Below are positions 24,403 to 37,639 of a DNA stretch of 64,000 nt, in pieces. This DNA is from Malacoraja senta. Its lineage: Eukaryota. Each line of letters begins with the position of its first letter. The first letter of the stretch is position 1. The position numbers were made by a program, and so were the translations under genes. Location: NCBI GenBank assembly GCA_038087875.1, contig CM075997.1:6450001-6514000 (forward strand), written 5' to 3'. The notes below the pieces were generated by a model. That model made no database searches. It worked only from the letters and a program-made list of their open reading frames with translations, and was not told the DNA's origin.

Positions 24403-24805
24403 ATTCTAATCATTTTAATTGCCTCAAATGCATCTAAGAGAATTTTCAAGTGAATGCCTTGAATTTATAACAGAAGCTTTCCTCTACAGGAAAACATGTC
24501 TCTTTGTTGCCCTCTATATGATATTTCCACTCTTGGAGGACACAATTAATACACTCTCCAAAATTAAACACATACACCAGAAACCATTTTTTAAGGACAA
24601 GCCATGTAGTCATCCCACAGGGGGAATCTGTACACATCTTTGAATTGTCCTCATTCTGAAACAGAGCGAATACTCAGGTAACAGCAAATTTCTCGATGTG
24701 GGAGTCAGGAAGTAATGCAGCACTGGAGCAGGCCCTTTTGTCCACACAATGTCCGTACCAAACATGATGCTAAATTAAGCTAACCTCTGCCTCCCTATAG
24801 TTGAT

Positions 24806-25703
24806 GGGGAGGTTTCACGGCAGTCGGGTCACGACCCATGACCCGTACTGTTGCTACGCTACGCCAAGTGGAGTACACGCGATGAACTGCAGGTAAGCAC
24901 TTACCATTGTTTCCAGCGTAGTGGGCCCGTTAAAACCCGCCGAAATTGTCAATTTTTGCGCTGTAAATAATTATGGAAATAGGGATAAGCGTGGGAAACA
25001 TTTAGCCTACTTCAGAATTCAAAAAGTGAGGAGAAATGACGGTAGATAGAAGCGAGAGCTGAAGGGACAACAACAGCCAGAGTGCTTGGCGAACATTGGC
25101 CGTTTGCTCACTGCATTTCATCAACTAAGGCATTATTTGTGTTTTTTCTTTATTCCTTTGACATCTAAAAAGTTTCAGAAGGGATAAATCTGACTGTAAA
25201 ATTTTAAAATCGCCCATGGTTCTCAAGTGGGTTTTTACATACAAAAAGAAAACGCCTCTGAAGCAAAATTTACAACCAGATTTATCACCTGAAACTTTTT
25301 AGATACCAAAGGAATCAAGAAAATCCACAAATAATGCCTTACTGTTAATGAAATGCAGTGAGCAAACGCGATAAATCCCAATATTTTCAATTCCGATATC
25401 TGCACAGGCAATGTTCACCAAGCACTTTAGCTGCTGTTGTCCCTTCAGCTCTCGCTTCTCTTTACCTTCATTTCGCTTCACTTTTGGAATTCTGAAGTTG
25501 GGTACATGTCTCTCACACTTACCCCGACTTCCACGATTTTTTACAGCGAAAAAATTCAACATTTTGGCGGTTTTTAACAGGTAGGAAAGTACGCGTTTCT
25601 AGCATTAATAACATATACCGGAAGTGACGGATGTCCTCCAGATGGATTGAGCGGCTCCGTGCGTCAAGCCCTGTGACCCAGTGACCTTACGTGCAACCCC
25701 CCT
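24806..25703 (-). mobile_element. Non-autonomous ISL2EU-like THAP element, copy 2, inverted relative to 3968-4784
   Basis: Same termini and AT flanks; ORF 25299-25562 reads ...RIPK...YRVCSLHF. Confidence 0.7.
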
Positions 25704-26149
25704 ATATGGACACACTGGTCTGTTTTGTAATCAATGCCTACTATGTTCTGTTGTGCTGAAGCAAAGCAAGAATTTCATTGTCCTATCAGGGATACATGAC
25801 AATACATTCACTTGAACTTGAACTTGAAGTCGATAAAATTAACTTTAAGAATTTTTTGGCACCGGCACTGCACTCATGACAGTGGTGTGTGGGGGGTTTC
25901 AGTCGCCATCGGCCTCTCCGGCAGTGTCGGGGCGAATGACATTATCCTCAGCACCAAAGATCATAGAAGGCTCCGCTCTATGATCTTTGGCAATGATTGT
26001 CACCGGCAGCTGGTTCCCACCCAAAGATACTAGAGGAGCGCTAGATACCAAAGATCCTATAGGATCCTATAGATACAAGAAAGGCCCTCAAGTATCTTTG
26101 TTCCTACCCGCCTTCCTCCCGTGTCAGTGTTACCAGACACTGGCGCTCT

Positions 26150-26460
26150 CTGATTGGCGGCAGTAGATGTCTGCGATTGGCTCTTTCTATTACCCAATGG
26201 AAACGTTAGTGAAGTTTTCTCCATATTCATGTCGCAACTGACCAATAACAATCGAAGACCTGAAGAAGGGTTTCGGCCCGAAACGTTGCCTATTTCCTTC
26301 GCTCCATAGATGCTGCTGCACCCGCTGAGTTTCTCCAGCATTTTTGTGTACCTTCGATTTTCCAGCATCTGCAGTTCCTTCTTTAACAATAACAATCGTG
26401 TCTGTGTCCCATCCCTCATTAGCATCGAGCAGTGGGGCAGCCTAAAAAGGCTTAAAAAAG
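26150..26460 (+). promoter_or_regulatory. H2B promoter: CCAAT boxes, octamer-like CTCATTAGCAT and an A-rich TATA-like element, split by a 132-bp insertion
   Basis: ATTGG/CCAAT at ~26153, ~26177, ~26194 and 26242; octamer-like site at ~26415-26425. Confidence 0.6.
26255..26386 (+). mobile_element. Penelope-derived terminal fragment with a hammerhead-like core
   Basis: 12-bp TSD CAATAACAATCG (26243-26254, 26387-26398); CTGAAGA-GGG..CCC-GAAACGTT at 26260-26287; homologous to the 3' end of the GIY-YIG element at 48344. Confidence 0.8.
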
Positions 26461-26513
26461 CAGCGCTCCGAGCGCGGTTTGGCATATTTGCGTGATTGAA
26501 TTCGATTGTCAAA

Positions 26514-26888
26514 ATGCCTGATCCGCCGAAACCAGCAGCCAAGAAGGGCTCCAAGAAAGCCGCGTCCAAAGTAGCTTCCAAGGGCGGTAAGAAGCGCAGG
26601 AAGTCGAGGAAGGAGAGTTACTCCATCTACATCTACAAAGTGATGAAGCAGGTTCACCCCGACACCGGCATCTCATCCAAGGCCATGAGCATCATGAACT
26701 CGTTCGTCAACGATATTTTCGAGCGCATCGCTGGTGAGGCTTCCCGCATGGCTCATTACAACAAGCGCTCGACCATCAGCTCCCGGGAGATCCAGACCGC
26801 CGTGCGCCTGCTGCTGCCCGGGGAGCTGGCCAAGCACGCCGTGTCGGAAGGGACAAAGGCGGTGACCAAGTACACTAGCTCCAAGTAG
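26514..26888 (+). CDS. H2B: Histone H2B, replication-dependent, 124 aa
   Basis: [15 protein letters not shown]...[26 protein letters not shown]...AVTKYTSSK; intronless; 3' stem-loop present. Confidence 0.98.
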   Translation: MPDPPKPAAKKGSKKAASKVASKGGKKRRKSRKESYSIYIYKVMKQVHPDTGISSKAMSIMNSFVNDIFERIAGEASRMAHYNKRSTISSREIQTAVRLLLPGELAKHAVSEGTKAVTKYTSSK

Positions 26889-26928
26889 AGACCGACGAAC
26901 TGTAGACAAGACCAACCGAAAACCCAAC

Positions 26929-26969
26929 GGCTCTTTTAAGAGCCGCCCACAGTCTCACTGAAAGAGTTG
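26929..26969 (+). promoter_or_regulatory. Histone 3' stem-loop and U7-binding downstream element (H2B)
   Basis: GGCTCTTTTAAGAGCC at 26929-26944; AAAGAGTTG at 26961-26969. Confidence 0.95.
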
Positions 26970-28154
26970 TACTCATATTTCGACCCCGTATAACTATTTC
27001 CGTATCGGGCGATCGTTCACATTCATGAAATAAAGTTCTTCCGACTTTTTCTAATACAGTATTTAAAACACAATGAAAATATAAAGTGCTGCAATAAGTC
27101 AGCAGTCTGGCAGCATCTCTGGAGGACATGATGCTGCCAGAATCATGGATTCTGTAGGATTGAAATCCAAACCAGAGAAATGTATAGAGGTGGAAGGGGG
27201 CCGTGGCGGGGGAGGAGGAGGAACATGGATGGGCATCCGACTGAGGCCAATGGAGGGATGTGAGAAAAGGGAGTGAGTGTTGGTGTGAGATGGAGAATTC
27301 ATAGTTAGAGGGGGGGGGGGGTCCGATTGAGGGAGTGTGGGATTCCCACATTCTCATTGAAAACGTTGTAATAAAGATTTCGACATCGAATTGCAGCAGA
27401 ATTATTTCTGGGTAGATTTCCTTCGTGGGATTATGTTTGCGTTATGTTTGCGCTGCTCGCATTCTGTGGTTATATTGTTCGGTGTCCTGGTGTCCCTCTT
27501 AAATTCCCGATCACCAAACTGACATGAAAACTTAAACCTCTTCACCTCAGTTTGTCCGGTCACCATACATTGTGAACACGGTATTTATTGCTGCTGTTGC
27601 TGTTTTAATTTATGAGGGGAATGCTACGAATCGCCTTTCTATTCCGCATTAGGTTCGCGATTTTTTTTCCTTCCAGATCAACTTGCTCAGTAACTGGTAC
27701 CTAATACAGGCCGTGAATCGCATTTTTTGGTTCCGATCAGTTACTGGTGGAAAAGGGAGAATTAAATTCCCAGAAATATGCAGAATATTATTCATGTTTA
27801 CGACGTAAAGTAAACGAGTCGGGATTCAGTGCGGAGGAAATAGGGAAACTGTGACGACATACAGAATTATATTGATCTGGTTATTGATTGATTGATTGAT
27901 TGATTTGTTTATGTTATCCAAATAAACTTTATACAGAATAAAAAATAGATACAAAACAAAAACTGGGCAAAAATTCTTCCGACATTTTTAGAGGCTATGC
28001 AAACATTCATTAGCGTCGTATTCGGTAGTGTTCGCAGAAATATCCTTATAGCCGGCACTCATTATCTTTGAACAAGTGATATTTTGGCGGGTTTTTCAAA
28101 TTTCTGCATATTTGCGGGTCCCTGCAGTTATTTTCCGCGCTTCTTCTGTTGCGG

Positions 28155-28700
<546 letters not shown>

Positions 28701-28729
28701 ACGAGAGAAGCTAAACGTAATGACCAAAA

Positions 28730-28770
28730 GGCTCTTTTCAGAGCCACTCACATTGTCCGTGGAAGGGCTG
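28730..28770 (+). promoter_or_regulatory. Histone 3' stem-loop and downstream element (H2A)
   Basis: GGCTCTTTTCAGAGCC at 28730-28745; GGAAGGGCTG at 28761-28770. Confidence 0.93.
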
Positions 28771-29019
28771 ACCAACGATAGGGGTAAGGGCGGTGTAAAT
28801 TGAATAAAGGCGTTTGTTCTGGGTGAAAGTGAGAAGTATAGAGAAAAGCGAACAGCAGGCAGGGATTGCGCGGATCGTGTACACGGGGTCACTTTGTGGT
28901 GTACGCCTGTTTTGTCCGAGACATTGGTGTCGGACTTCCGCAGCTGATATATAAATTATATGAACCAGGTGTGATCGAGTGCAGTCTGGAATAGAAAATA
29001 GGATCAATGACTTACAAAA

Positions 29020-32000
29020 CTATAAACGAGAAAGTGAGGGAATACGTGAAGAGCCCGCCAGACCAGTTGCAGAACTTAAACTATAGAAAGACTAACGAGA
29101 CTAGAGTTACCGAATGATCTTTATGAGAAGTAGGGTTGGGAGTGGAGGGCACGTATTCCCTCACTTCAATTTCTCATAAAATAAAGATCAAACTTCAAAC
29201 GGTAAGCTCGTTTAATCTTTCTATTTTATTTCGAAGTCACGTGAGTGACTGTGAAGCCTTGTGGTTTCATGCAGTAACCCAATCCGCGTGTGAAACACTT
29301 AAACAGATAAAACCATAAATGGTAAAAAGACATGGGCTATTAACAACATGATGCTAACTTGCATACATGGCCATTGCTCTTAATCAGACCATAGTCCAAA
29401 TTGGCTTTGAGTTAGACAATAACTCATGCCACACTATACAGAATTCTTTCTGCAATCATTCAGTCATATTCAACCAACATTTTATAACTTCTGAAAGTGC
29501 ACTATGTAAACCTCTTGCTGTTGCAAGAAGATGGACAAATGGGAATATCCATTCTATTGGCTGCTAATGAGCCACCAACAATCTCTTGAAACTATTAATT
29601 AACAATGAAGAAAGTATCTTTCAACGCATAGATACCCGCAAGCTCAGTGTACCTGTATACAACATAATACCCCCAATCTCCGATCTGGTGGATATGCTGG
29701 CAACTCCAACTTGTACCCAACCATGCCCGTTTAGCTTTATGAGATCATTCTCATAACAAGCTACCCTCATGTCAGTTATGACCCAGAGACCGAGCCAGAG
29801 ATTGAGTAAAGGGTATGTTCTTTGTGCTGAATCAGCTGCTAAAGCATAATCAACTTTAAAAATTCCGCTCCCATGAGGAAAACAGTAGATGAATATCTGC
29901 ATAATAATCTACTGATATACATTCCACACTACTATGAGTTTAGGCTTTAGAGCAGTCATATAAAAGACACCTTGCTTGATGTTACACAACAATGGGAGAA
30001 TATCCAATCATTAACTGTCCCACTTATGACACTATAAAGAATGACAAAGCGGTTCAAACAGTGTCAATTGTATTATAACAATCGCTTCTCTGAGCGCATA
30101 CTGAGAAACGCAAAGCACTGCTACTTCTGTTTAAAAGTAGCTCACATGTCTTCTCCACGAAGTCCCATACAATCGTGCAGAGCTAGCTGGACGAGAAATA
30201 GGCTGAGCTAGCCATCACTCATGACTTTGAGTAAAAAGGAGCTTCTTTCAGCCGCCTTACCATGAACACTCTGAAAGAGTAGGCAAATTTGGCATGATTA
30301 AATTTCATGTTGCCTATCCTTAATATCTTAAGAGGCATCTCTTGATAAACCCCTGAGTCTTATCAGCTACAAAATTTGCGTGTCGTCTAAAAACTCCATG
30401 ACACAATGCCCTTTTAATCTGAGTAAGGCAGCATTAGCTTTAGAATCTTTGTAAATAGTCTAGGCCTGAAGACACCCCTAGGTACTGCCTAAACTTCACA
30501 CCACTGGCTTTGTCATCAAAACACCAGATATATCTGTGCCTCTCGTGAAGAGATATGGCAAAGTATGCATCTTCAAGATCGATTGATGCCCGTATCCTCT
30601 TGAATCAGCTAAATTGCTGAAAACCAATTATCCATTTTAGAGTGGGTGACTAGCCAAATCCCAACCTGATTTGGCATGATCCACTCTGCTACAACCCTGA
30701 GAAAGAAATATACCCCTCTTGTTCCTGGGCAGACTAAACGTCTCTGTATCAACCTGGACAACCATCATTTCCTTTATTGACCATACGGAGGAAACGTTTG
30801 GCTACACTTGCCTCGGAAGATGCATTTATCTATTTATTTATTTATTTTACTCATAACATATAATCAGATCTTGATGACTAGAGCTGAAACACAACATCCA
30901 GTTGAGGTGGGAATACACGATCCCTGTCAACTCTTGACTGTCAGAGTCACCACGAAACCTCAGCCTTCTTCCTCAGAATGGAAAATAGCATAATGCAACC
31001 CTGAACCATGAGTTGCTCCGTAGTCCTCTGACTGAAACCACCTCTCAGTCGCCAGCGTGCGCAACACTCTTTCTTCCATCAGCCACTCAATCCGAAATAC
31101 TGGTATTGAGAGCCTACAAATTATTGTATATATATTTTTTATTCACAACATGAACCTGCAGGTCAGATAAAAAATGCTACATGCCAGACCGGCTTTCTAC
31201 TGGTAGCTATTTTTCCTAGAGCTGAAAGAATTAAACATGTGTTGAGGGAAACCTCAAACTACCCCACTCTCTCAATCACAGATGTTGAGGCAGAGTTTCC
31301 CTGGTCAATATGATCCATATGACCAGCCAGTTGCAACTTAGAGTTTACAGAGGTTGCCATGCAGGCATCCTACCAATGTCTTTGCATTAACCTGACCTCT
31401 CCAGAGACAGTGAAAAGTACTAGTCAGCCCATGCTGCCAGTGAATCCAAACCTGGGCGACAGACTGCTCCATTTCAGAATTTACGGCGGTTTAATAAAGT
31501 GACCTTACCTGCCAGCGTTTCTGAGCCCAGGTCGACCTGCTTGTTGGAGCTTCCGCGAAGTTCCATTGCAGACCCATCTGTCACATCGTCAGCCCCACAT
31601 TTGCCAAACAGCTTGTTTCCAGAGCTCAAGGGCGATTACTTCTGGAGCTTTACAGTGCAGGTCACGCTACCAGGTATTCCCAGCCTGGTTTGACACGCCG
31701 CTCCTTCGACTCCTTCTGCTCCATCAGAGCCTTAGCGGAGCGCAATGAACAGGCCACGTCTGCCATAATTCCGAGCCTGCCTCGAAAGGCAACTCCGGCC
31801 ATAATTCTGAGCCTGCCTCAAAAGACAACTCTGGCCATAATTCCGAGCCTGCCTCGAAAGGCAACTCCAGCCATAATTCTGAGCCTGCCTCGAAAGACAA
31901 CTCTGGCCATAATTCCGAGCCTGCTCCTGCGGCCTTCTGCCTTTATTGAAGCCTTTGCTGGAGTTGACTGTGCAGATCCAGCTGCCAGCTTTCCAAAGCC

Positions 32001-33664
32001 TGGATCAACAGGCTGGTCCTTTCCAGGTCTTCAATGGCGCTTCCTGCTCCTATGAATACAGGGAGAAAAACCCACCGGAATACTGGAGCTTACCCACATA
32101 GGATGGTACTCCACTCCTGCAGCCGCCTAACCCCTGCAAGTCTTCACTTGCTACATGTCTTTTCTGAAGAGATACTATGCAGGCTGCACATTACTGGCCC
32201 TGTAAAAAATGAGCCATTTTGGGAATCATCTCATGCCTTGTAGCATTTTGCGAAGGCCCCAACTGTGTATTACAGAGAAGTGTTCATACAGCTTTCTGCA
32301 CTTCCGAGAGATGAGACCCATCTTTTGACTTGCAAAGGTCCGTAATGACTCCAGAGCGGATATTGGACTTGCCTATATATAATCACTGGGATATCTCAAC
32401 AGATAGAATAGGCGTATGGAACATCCAAATAGTCTGGCAGTTTATGTGGACTGCATATGTCCCGGATACTTTTAGCCAGATCTTCCTCCAGTGAATCTCC
32501 TATTCCCAAAGGGATGGCAAATATGTGATAAGAGCTGGTAGCTCCCACATATCATCGATAAATTATGGGATTCAGATATCCTGTTAATATACCCATAATC
32601 GGAGTCACCTATGTAATATTCTACAATCCCTTATCAGAGTGGGAGGAATACTGCAACCCTCAACCAGATGTTGCCACAGGCATATGGCTGGAGCCGCCTG
32701 TTAATGCCTCTGGTGCACGGAGCATATTTTGTTTACATGATTAAAATGAAGCATATCCCCCATTAGTTCATGGATTCGATTGCTTTATCGATATCCACAT
32801 AGTTGGAGTCACTTAAAGAATCTCCAACAGTCCCCTCTACTGAGCGGAATTTATCATGACGCAACCCTGAACCAGGTATTGCTCCCACAGGTGTCTGACA
32901 GACACAGCTCAAAAAGCTTCCTAAGCCAGGAGCTCCTTGCTCCCTTCTGGAGCCTCAACAGAGTTTCTTAGGGGAGGAAATAGAACGCAACCCTGAACCA
33001 GGTGTTGCATCCTCAGACCTCTGGCTGACTCCCTTTCGGAGCATCAATCTGTACAGGCATTGCCCGTAAGATGCTCCGAACAGCCGCCTGCTCCAGTAGA
33101 GCCCCATTCTGCCACGATAGTCACAAACGTGACCGAGCGGCAATCGCTATTATAAACTGCCAGCTCTATTTATAGTTTCCCTATAAATAGAGCATATGCT
33201 ATACACTGCTTTACAGCGTATGCTGAACCGACCTCAGCCGGCAGCAGCAATTTTTAAAATGCTAGGTGCTGCGGAAACCCCCACAGCGAATACTGACCCA
33301 GCAGCTGAGCTTTCATGGCGGTCGCTGTCCTGGCCGCGGCTATTAAAAAAAAAACCCGGCTGCTGCTAATCCTTTGCAGCGGTCACTGACCTGGCCGCGC
33401 CGGCAGCCGCAAATTTGTATCCCGCCAGCTCCTTACAGAGCCTCCACGGCGGCCTTCAAATCCGGCCGCCTGCTACCGTTCGGAACTCCAACAGCGGCAG
33501 CTGCACAGGCTGCGCCCGTCAGCTACTCCAGGCCCACTGTACCGCAGCGGCCCTTTGCTGAAAACAAAATTGGCTTACCTGCCAGAGCAGTTTTGAACTG
33601 CTCCGATTCCCGCGCCATGTGTCGACGTATTGCCGCACATGCGGGCTGGCGGGCTCTTCACGTA
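29020..33664 (-). mobile_element. Highly degenerate DIRS element with inverted termini
   Basis: 29133-29260 is the reverse complement of the DIRS end at 3105-3235; RT remnant IDLEDAY near 30560-30590; perfect 19-bp inverted repeat at 29043-29061 and 33646-33664. Confidence 0.8.
31762..31925. repeat. 36-bp tandem repeat, ~4.5 copies, in the DIRS gag region
   Basis: GCCATAATTC(C/T)GAGCCTGCCTC recurs every 36 bp. Confidence 0.9.
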
Positions 33665-33699
33665 AAATCCACAATTACAACGACGGCAGCAGGAAAATA

Positions 33700-35790
33700 C
33701 AAACGCTTTGTTCACGGTAATACTCTAAAGGGAAGGGTTATTGAGGGAAGTGTACGAAGATAGAGGCCAAATAAGGGGGCAGGGTGACATGTATGTCACT
33801 AGCGGGCAGGAATGTAGAGCGACACCGTGTTTAAAATGTATTCCGTTTTCTATGTTTCTAATAAGGTCAGTGGGAGACTGCAGGACAGAGTTGTCTGTTG
33901 AGGCCCATTTCAGTGTGACACTGTCCATTCAAACGTGAGGTAGGAAAACCTAGGAAAAGCTAGTGGCACTTGCATGTGCCCCAGTGATGCTTTCCTCTTT
34001 GTCGGGTACGTTGAACAATCCCTGTTCCAGGCGTACACTGGCCATATCCCAGAAATCTGCAGTATCTCCGTTGCGTTGATGCCTGCATTGACACTACCAC
34101 CTGAACCCATGCAGAACTCATGTGACTTTATTAACTTCACTACCAATTACCATCCTGAGGTTGATGTTGATCTCCTTGAGGTTGATCTCTTCGACATGGT
34201 CTAGAACCCTCTTTAAGTTCACGTTGTGCTCTTGGATATGTGTTCCAGCAATGAGAATGTCATCAACAATAATGGGAAGGTTCTGGCTGTAGCAGGTGCA
34301 CAGATTGCTTTGTCTCAACTCTGTTCCTACGCGACAACAGCAACGGATGAAGTGATTTCTGCATTTACAGCTGTCTGCGCAACTCACACAGCTGTCTGAA
34401 CTTGTTCAGTAGACATACGGGATCGTCTATAGATTCCGCAGGGACGACCTGAACACCTGCGGGATTGACCTGAGCTGGCGCATAGTGGAATCAGCATGCA
34501 CGACAAATGGCTTCTGTACCAGCCAAATTGAGGAGAATAGATGCACGAATGTGCAGCAAGATGAGCTGCACGGATATATACGGTGAATCCCCTTCGAAGA
34601 TGCGGCAACACTCAGAGAGGTCGCCATCAAACACAAGGGGGTCGGGCTTACGAAATGTAGCAACCATAGCAAAATAACAAACAGAATGAAAAAACAAACT
34701 AAAACAAACTGGAACCAAACTAGGCGAGTTATGGGCCTGTCCCACTTAGGCGATTTTTCAGCGGACTGCCGGCGACTGTCAAGTTGCCGACATTCGCCCG
34801 AAAAAACGGGAACCGGAACGGCGACTGTCAGAGTGGAACACACACAAACACATCGCAAAAGCGGGGGCCAGGGCAAGCGGGGGGGGGGGGGGGAGCGCTG
34901 TCTGAAATTCACACGGTGCAAAGCCAAGTTGATACAGACACACACCGCGATGAACAGGAAGGTTGGTGCTGTAATTAAGACGACTAGCACGGTGTACATT
35001 AATCCTTTAAAAGAGAGGAGGGGGGAGGGGAGAAGGGGGGAAGGGGGGAAGAAGGAGTGGAGACAGCTTTTAAGAAGCCAGACAACTCTTAATAAGCCAG
35101 AGATACACAGCTGTGAAGCTTGGCGGACATTTAACATTACCGATCGGTTATCCTTGGTTCTGAAAATTCCTGCTTACATTTTTTTCCCCCAATGAGCCAA
35201 TGAAAATGACCAGTCAGCAAAGGCGAATAACTAAAACTACCTATGACTACCTTGACTACCTTCAACTACATGGCGAGTTGGCGACTCCACTACAACTGCA
35301 CCAACGACTACAGGATTATCGAATATCTCCATGGCGACCAATTTTTGGTCGCAGAAAAATTGTCAACATGTGCGGCGACCAAACAGAGGCCGTGACTAGT
35401 TCCCAGAATGTGGGAACTCCTCGCGACCATGAAGGAGACACACCAGAGAACACCAGCGTACATGTGGCGAGCGCAGAGTCTCCTGCACTCGCCTAAAATG
35501 TCACCTAAAAAGTCGCCTAAGTGGGACAGGCCCATAAGGGGTCCAAACTTTCTGATACCATGTTGTGTGATGAGACCCAATACACAGGAGTAACAACAAA
35601 TGGTCTTTATGGAGGAAACATTACATGCTATCGTCTCCGTGGTCAGCATCAAGTCTGACCGGTGAGATGGTAAAGTACTGTTATTAATAGTCCGGGGTAG
35701 AGATTAAGATCCGGACTGGACTACAAATGGAATGTGCAGCATGCATAATACGTGTGGTGATAGATATAGTAAAGGCAGGCTAATATGGTT
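33700..35790 (-). mobile_element. Degenerate Gypsy-like LTR remnant
   Basis: PBS-like TGGTATCAGAA at ~35550-35560; gag-like FRKPDPLVFDG..ECCRIFE; RT-like IIVDDILIAG...EHNVNLKRVL. Confidence 0.6.
34732..35534. mobile_element. PIF/Harbinger-like MITE nested in the Gypsy remnant
   Basis: ~25-bp TIR TGGGCCTGTCCCACTTAGGCGA; flanked by TTA and TAA. Confidence 0.78.
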
Positions 35791-35799
35791 AATCTACAG

Positions 35800-36293
35800 T
35801 AGGTTCACCAGGTTAATTCCCAGGATGGTGGGACTGTCATATGTTGATAGAATGGAGCGGCTGGGCTTGTATACTGGAATTTAGGATGAGAGGGAATCTT
35901 ATAAAAACATATAGGATTATTAAGGATTTGGACACGCTAGAGGCAGGAAACATGTTCCCGATTTTGGGGGAGTCCGGAACCAGGGGCCACAGTTTAAGAA
36001 TAAGGGGTAAGCCATTTAGAACGGAGATGAGGAAAAACTTTTTCACACAGAGTTGTGAGTCTGTGGAATTCTCTGCCTCAGGGCGGTGGAGGCAGGTTCT
36101 CTGGATGCTTTCAAGAGAGAGCTAGATAGGGCTCTTAAAAATAGCGGAGTCAGGGGATATGGGGAGAAGGCAGGAATGGATTACTGATTGGGGATGATCA
36201 GCCATCATCAGATTGAATGGCAGTGCTGGCTCCAGGGTCCGAATGGCCTACTCCTGCACCTATTGTCTATTGTCCATTGTCTATTGTCTATTG
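35800..36293 (+). mobile_element. CR1 LINE 3' fragment
   Basis: EAGNMFPILGESGTRGHSLRIRG; (TCTATTG)n tail. Confidence 0.92.
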
Positions 36294-37239
36294 TTAAAGG
36301 TGGCAGAGGACGGTGGGGTCTGGAAGACACTGTCTGAATGGATGGGCCAGGGCGGGGCATGAAGCAGGCACATGAAGCAGTTGGCAGATACGCACTGAAG
36401 AGCTTTGGCGTACAGAGGAGGGATTGGATCAATCCGCTATCTATTGCATACACGATGGGCCGATTGGTCTCATGCATCACCAATGCCTCATGGTTCTACT
36501 GCTGGGAGTCGCTGCACCCGGCTCAGTGCCGTGATAAGATGGGGGAAGGCGAGGGGACGAGGATTGTTGCCGTTGGATTACACGGGGAGTGAGGGAGAGA
36601 CTCCATGGTCTAGGACTGCCTTTATGTTGAGGGAGGGGTTATTCTGTCGCTCAGTCTCTGGGACTGTGGGCCAGTCTGGTCCTAAACCCCTCAGTGCCTG
36701 ACAAGATGTGAGTAGGATTCACAGAGTGGGGCGCTCTCTGGGAAGGTGGGTGGGCATGGGTCTCATTCCCCACCCTCTAATCACTGGGACACTCTGGGAA
36801 ACTCTGACTGGTTCTGTACATGTCACCCTCAAGTGCTGTGTGTGGGAGTGGGGTCAGGGTAATCTGTGTGGTTCTCTGGTACAATACAAGGGATGGGATT
36901 CACCAGCAACCCGTCAGTCGCTGAAGAGACAGGTCAAATCACCCTGCATTTGGCCATCTGAGGAGCCATGTGGGAGTGTGGATTCACTCTCCAGCTGGCA
37001 TTTTCCGGGAATGTGTGAGAGTGTGGGATTCACTTCACTTCTGGCATTTTGTGGGAATCCAGAACTAATTAACTCTCAAATGAGTGCGTCAGTAATTAAT
37101 TCTTCACCAGCCCATCTGTGGGCGAGGTAAAATTGTGGATCTAACTTTTTTTCTGGCAAGGAGCCTTCACCTCCCAATGATGACCCCCTCTCCCATCTCC
37201 TACCCTCCTCCTCCTCCTCATGGACTCCTCCTGCTGGCA

Positions 37240-37485
37240 TTCCAGATTCTATCCTGACTATGGGTACTGTCTGTACAGAGTTTGTATCTTCTCCCTGTGA
37301 CTGCGTGGGTTTTCTCTGGGTACTCCAATTTTTCTCCCACACTCCAAAGACATGCATGTTTGTAGGTTAATTGGCTTCTTGAAATTGTAAATTGTCCCCT
37401 GTGTATAGTGCTAACATATGGGGTGATTGCTGGTTGGAGAGGAATCGGTTGGCTGAAGGGCCTGTTTCCACGACGTACCTCTAAA
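37240..37485 (+). mobile_element. V-SINE/HE1-like SINE
   Basis: Core GAGTTTGTA..TTCTCCCTGTGACTGCGTGGGTTTTCTC...CCCACACTCCAAAGAC...GGTTAATTGGC, repeated at 38828 and 54825. Confidence 0.7.
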
Positions 37486-37639
37486 GTTCCTCAGCCCATA
37501 TTGTCTGTTTCTATATCTTTCCCTACACCCACAAGCAGAATTGCTCTGGCAGACCCATTATTTCTGGCTGCTCATGCCGCACAAAACTTACTGCACACAA
37601 ACAATACAGCACCAAAACAGACTCTTTGGCCCACAAGAA

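Larger units (their letters stand above)
15950..24790. repeat. Decaying ~1.2-kb tandem tRNA-Asp/tRNA-Gly array, three units, interrupted by TEs
   Basis: Near-identical flanks recur at ~15950-17215, ~20493-21345 and ~21345-24790; diverged relatives lie at 5485-5906 and ~56190-56600. Confidence 0.88.

Noticed and set aside
36700..37130. Possible degenerate C2H2 zinc-finger gene remnant
   Set aside because: Only faint TGTGG..GGATTCAC motifs; no complete finger could be read.
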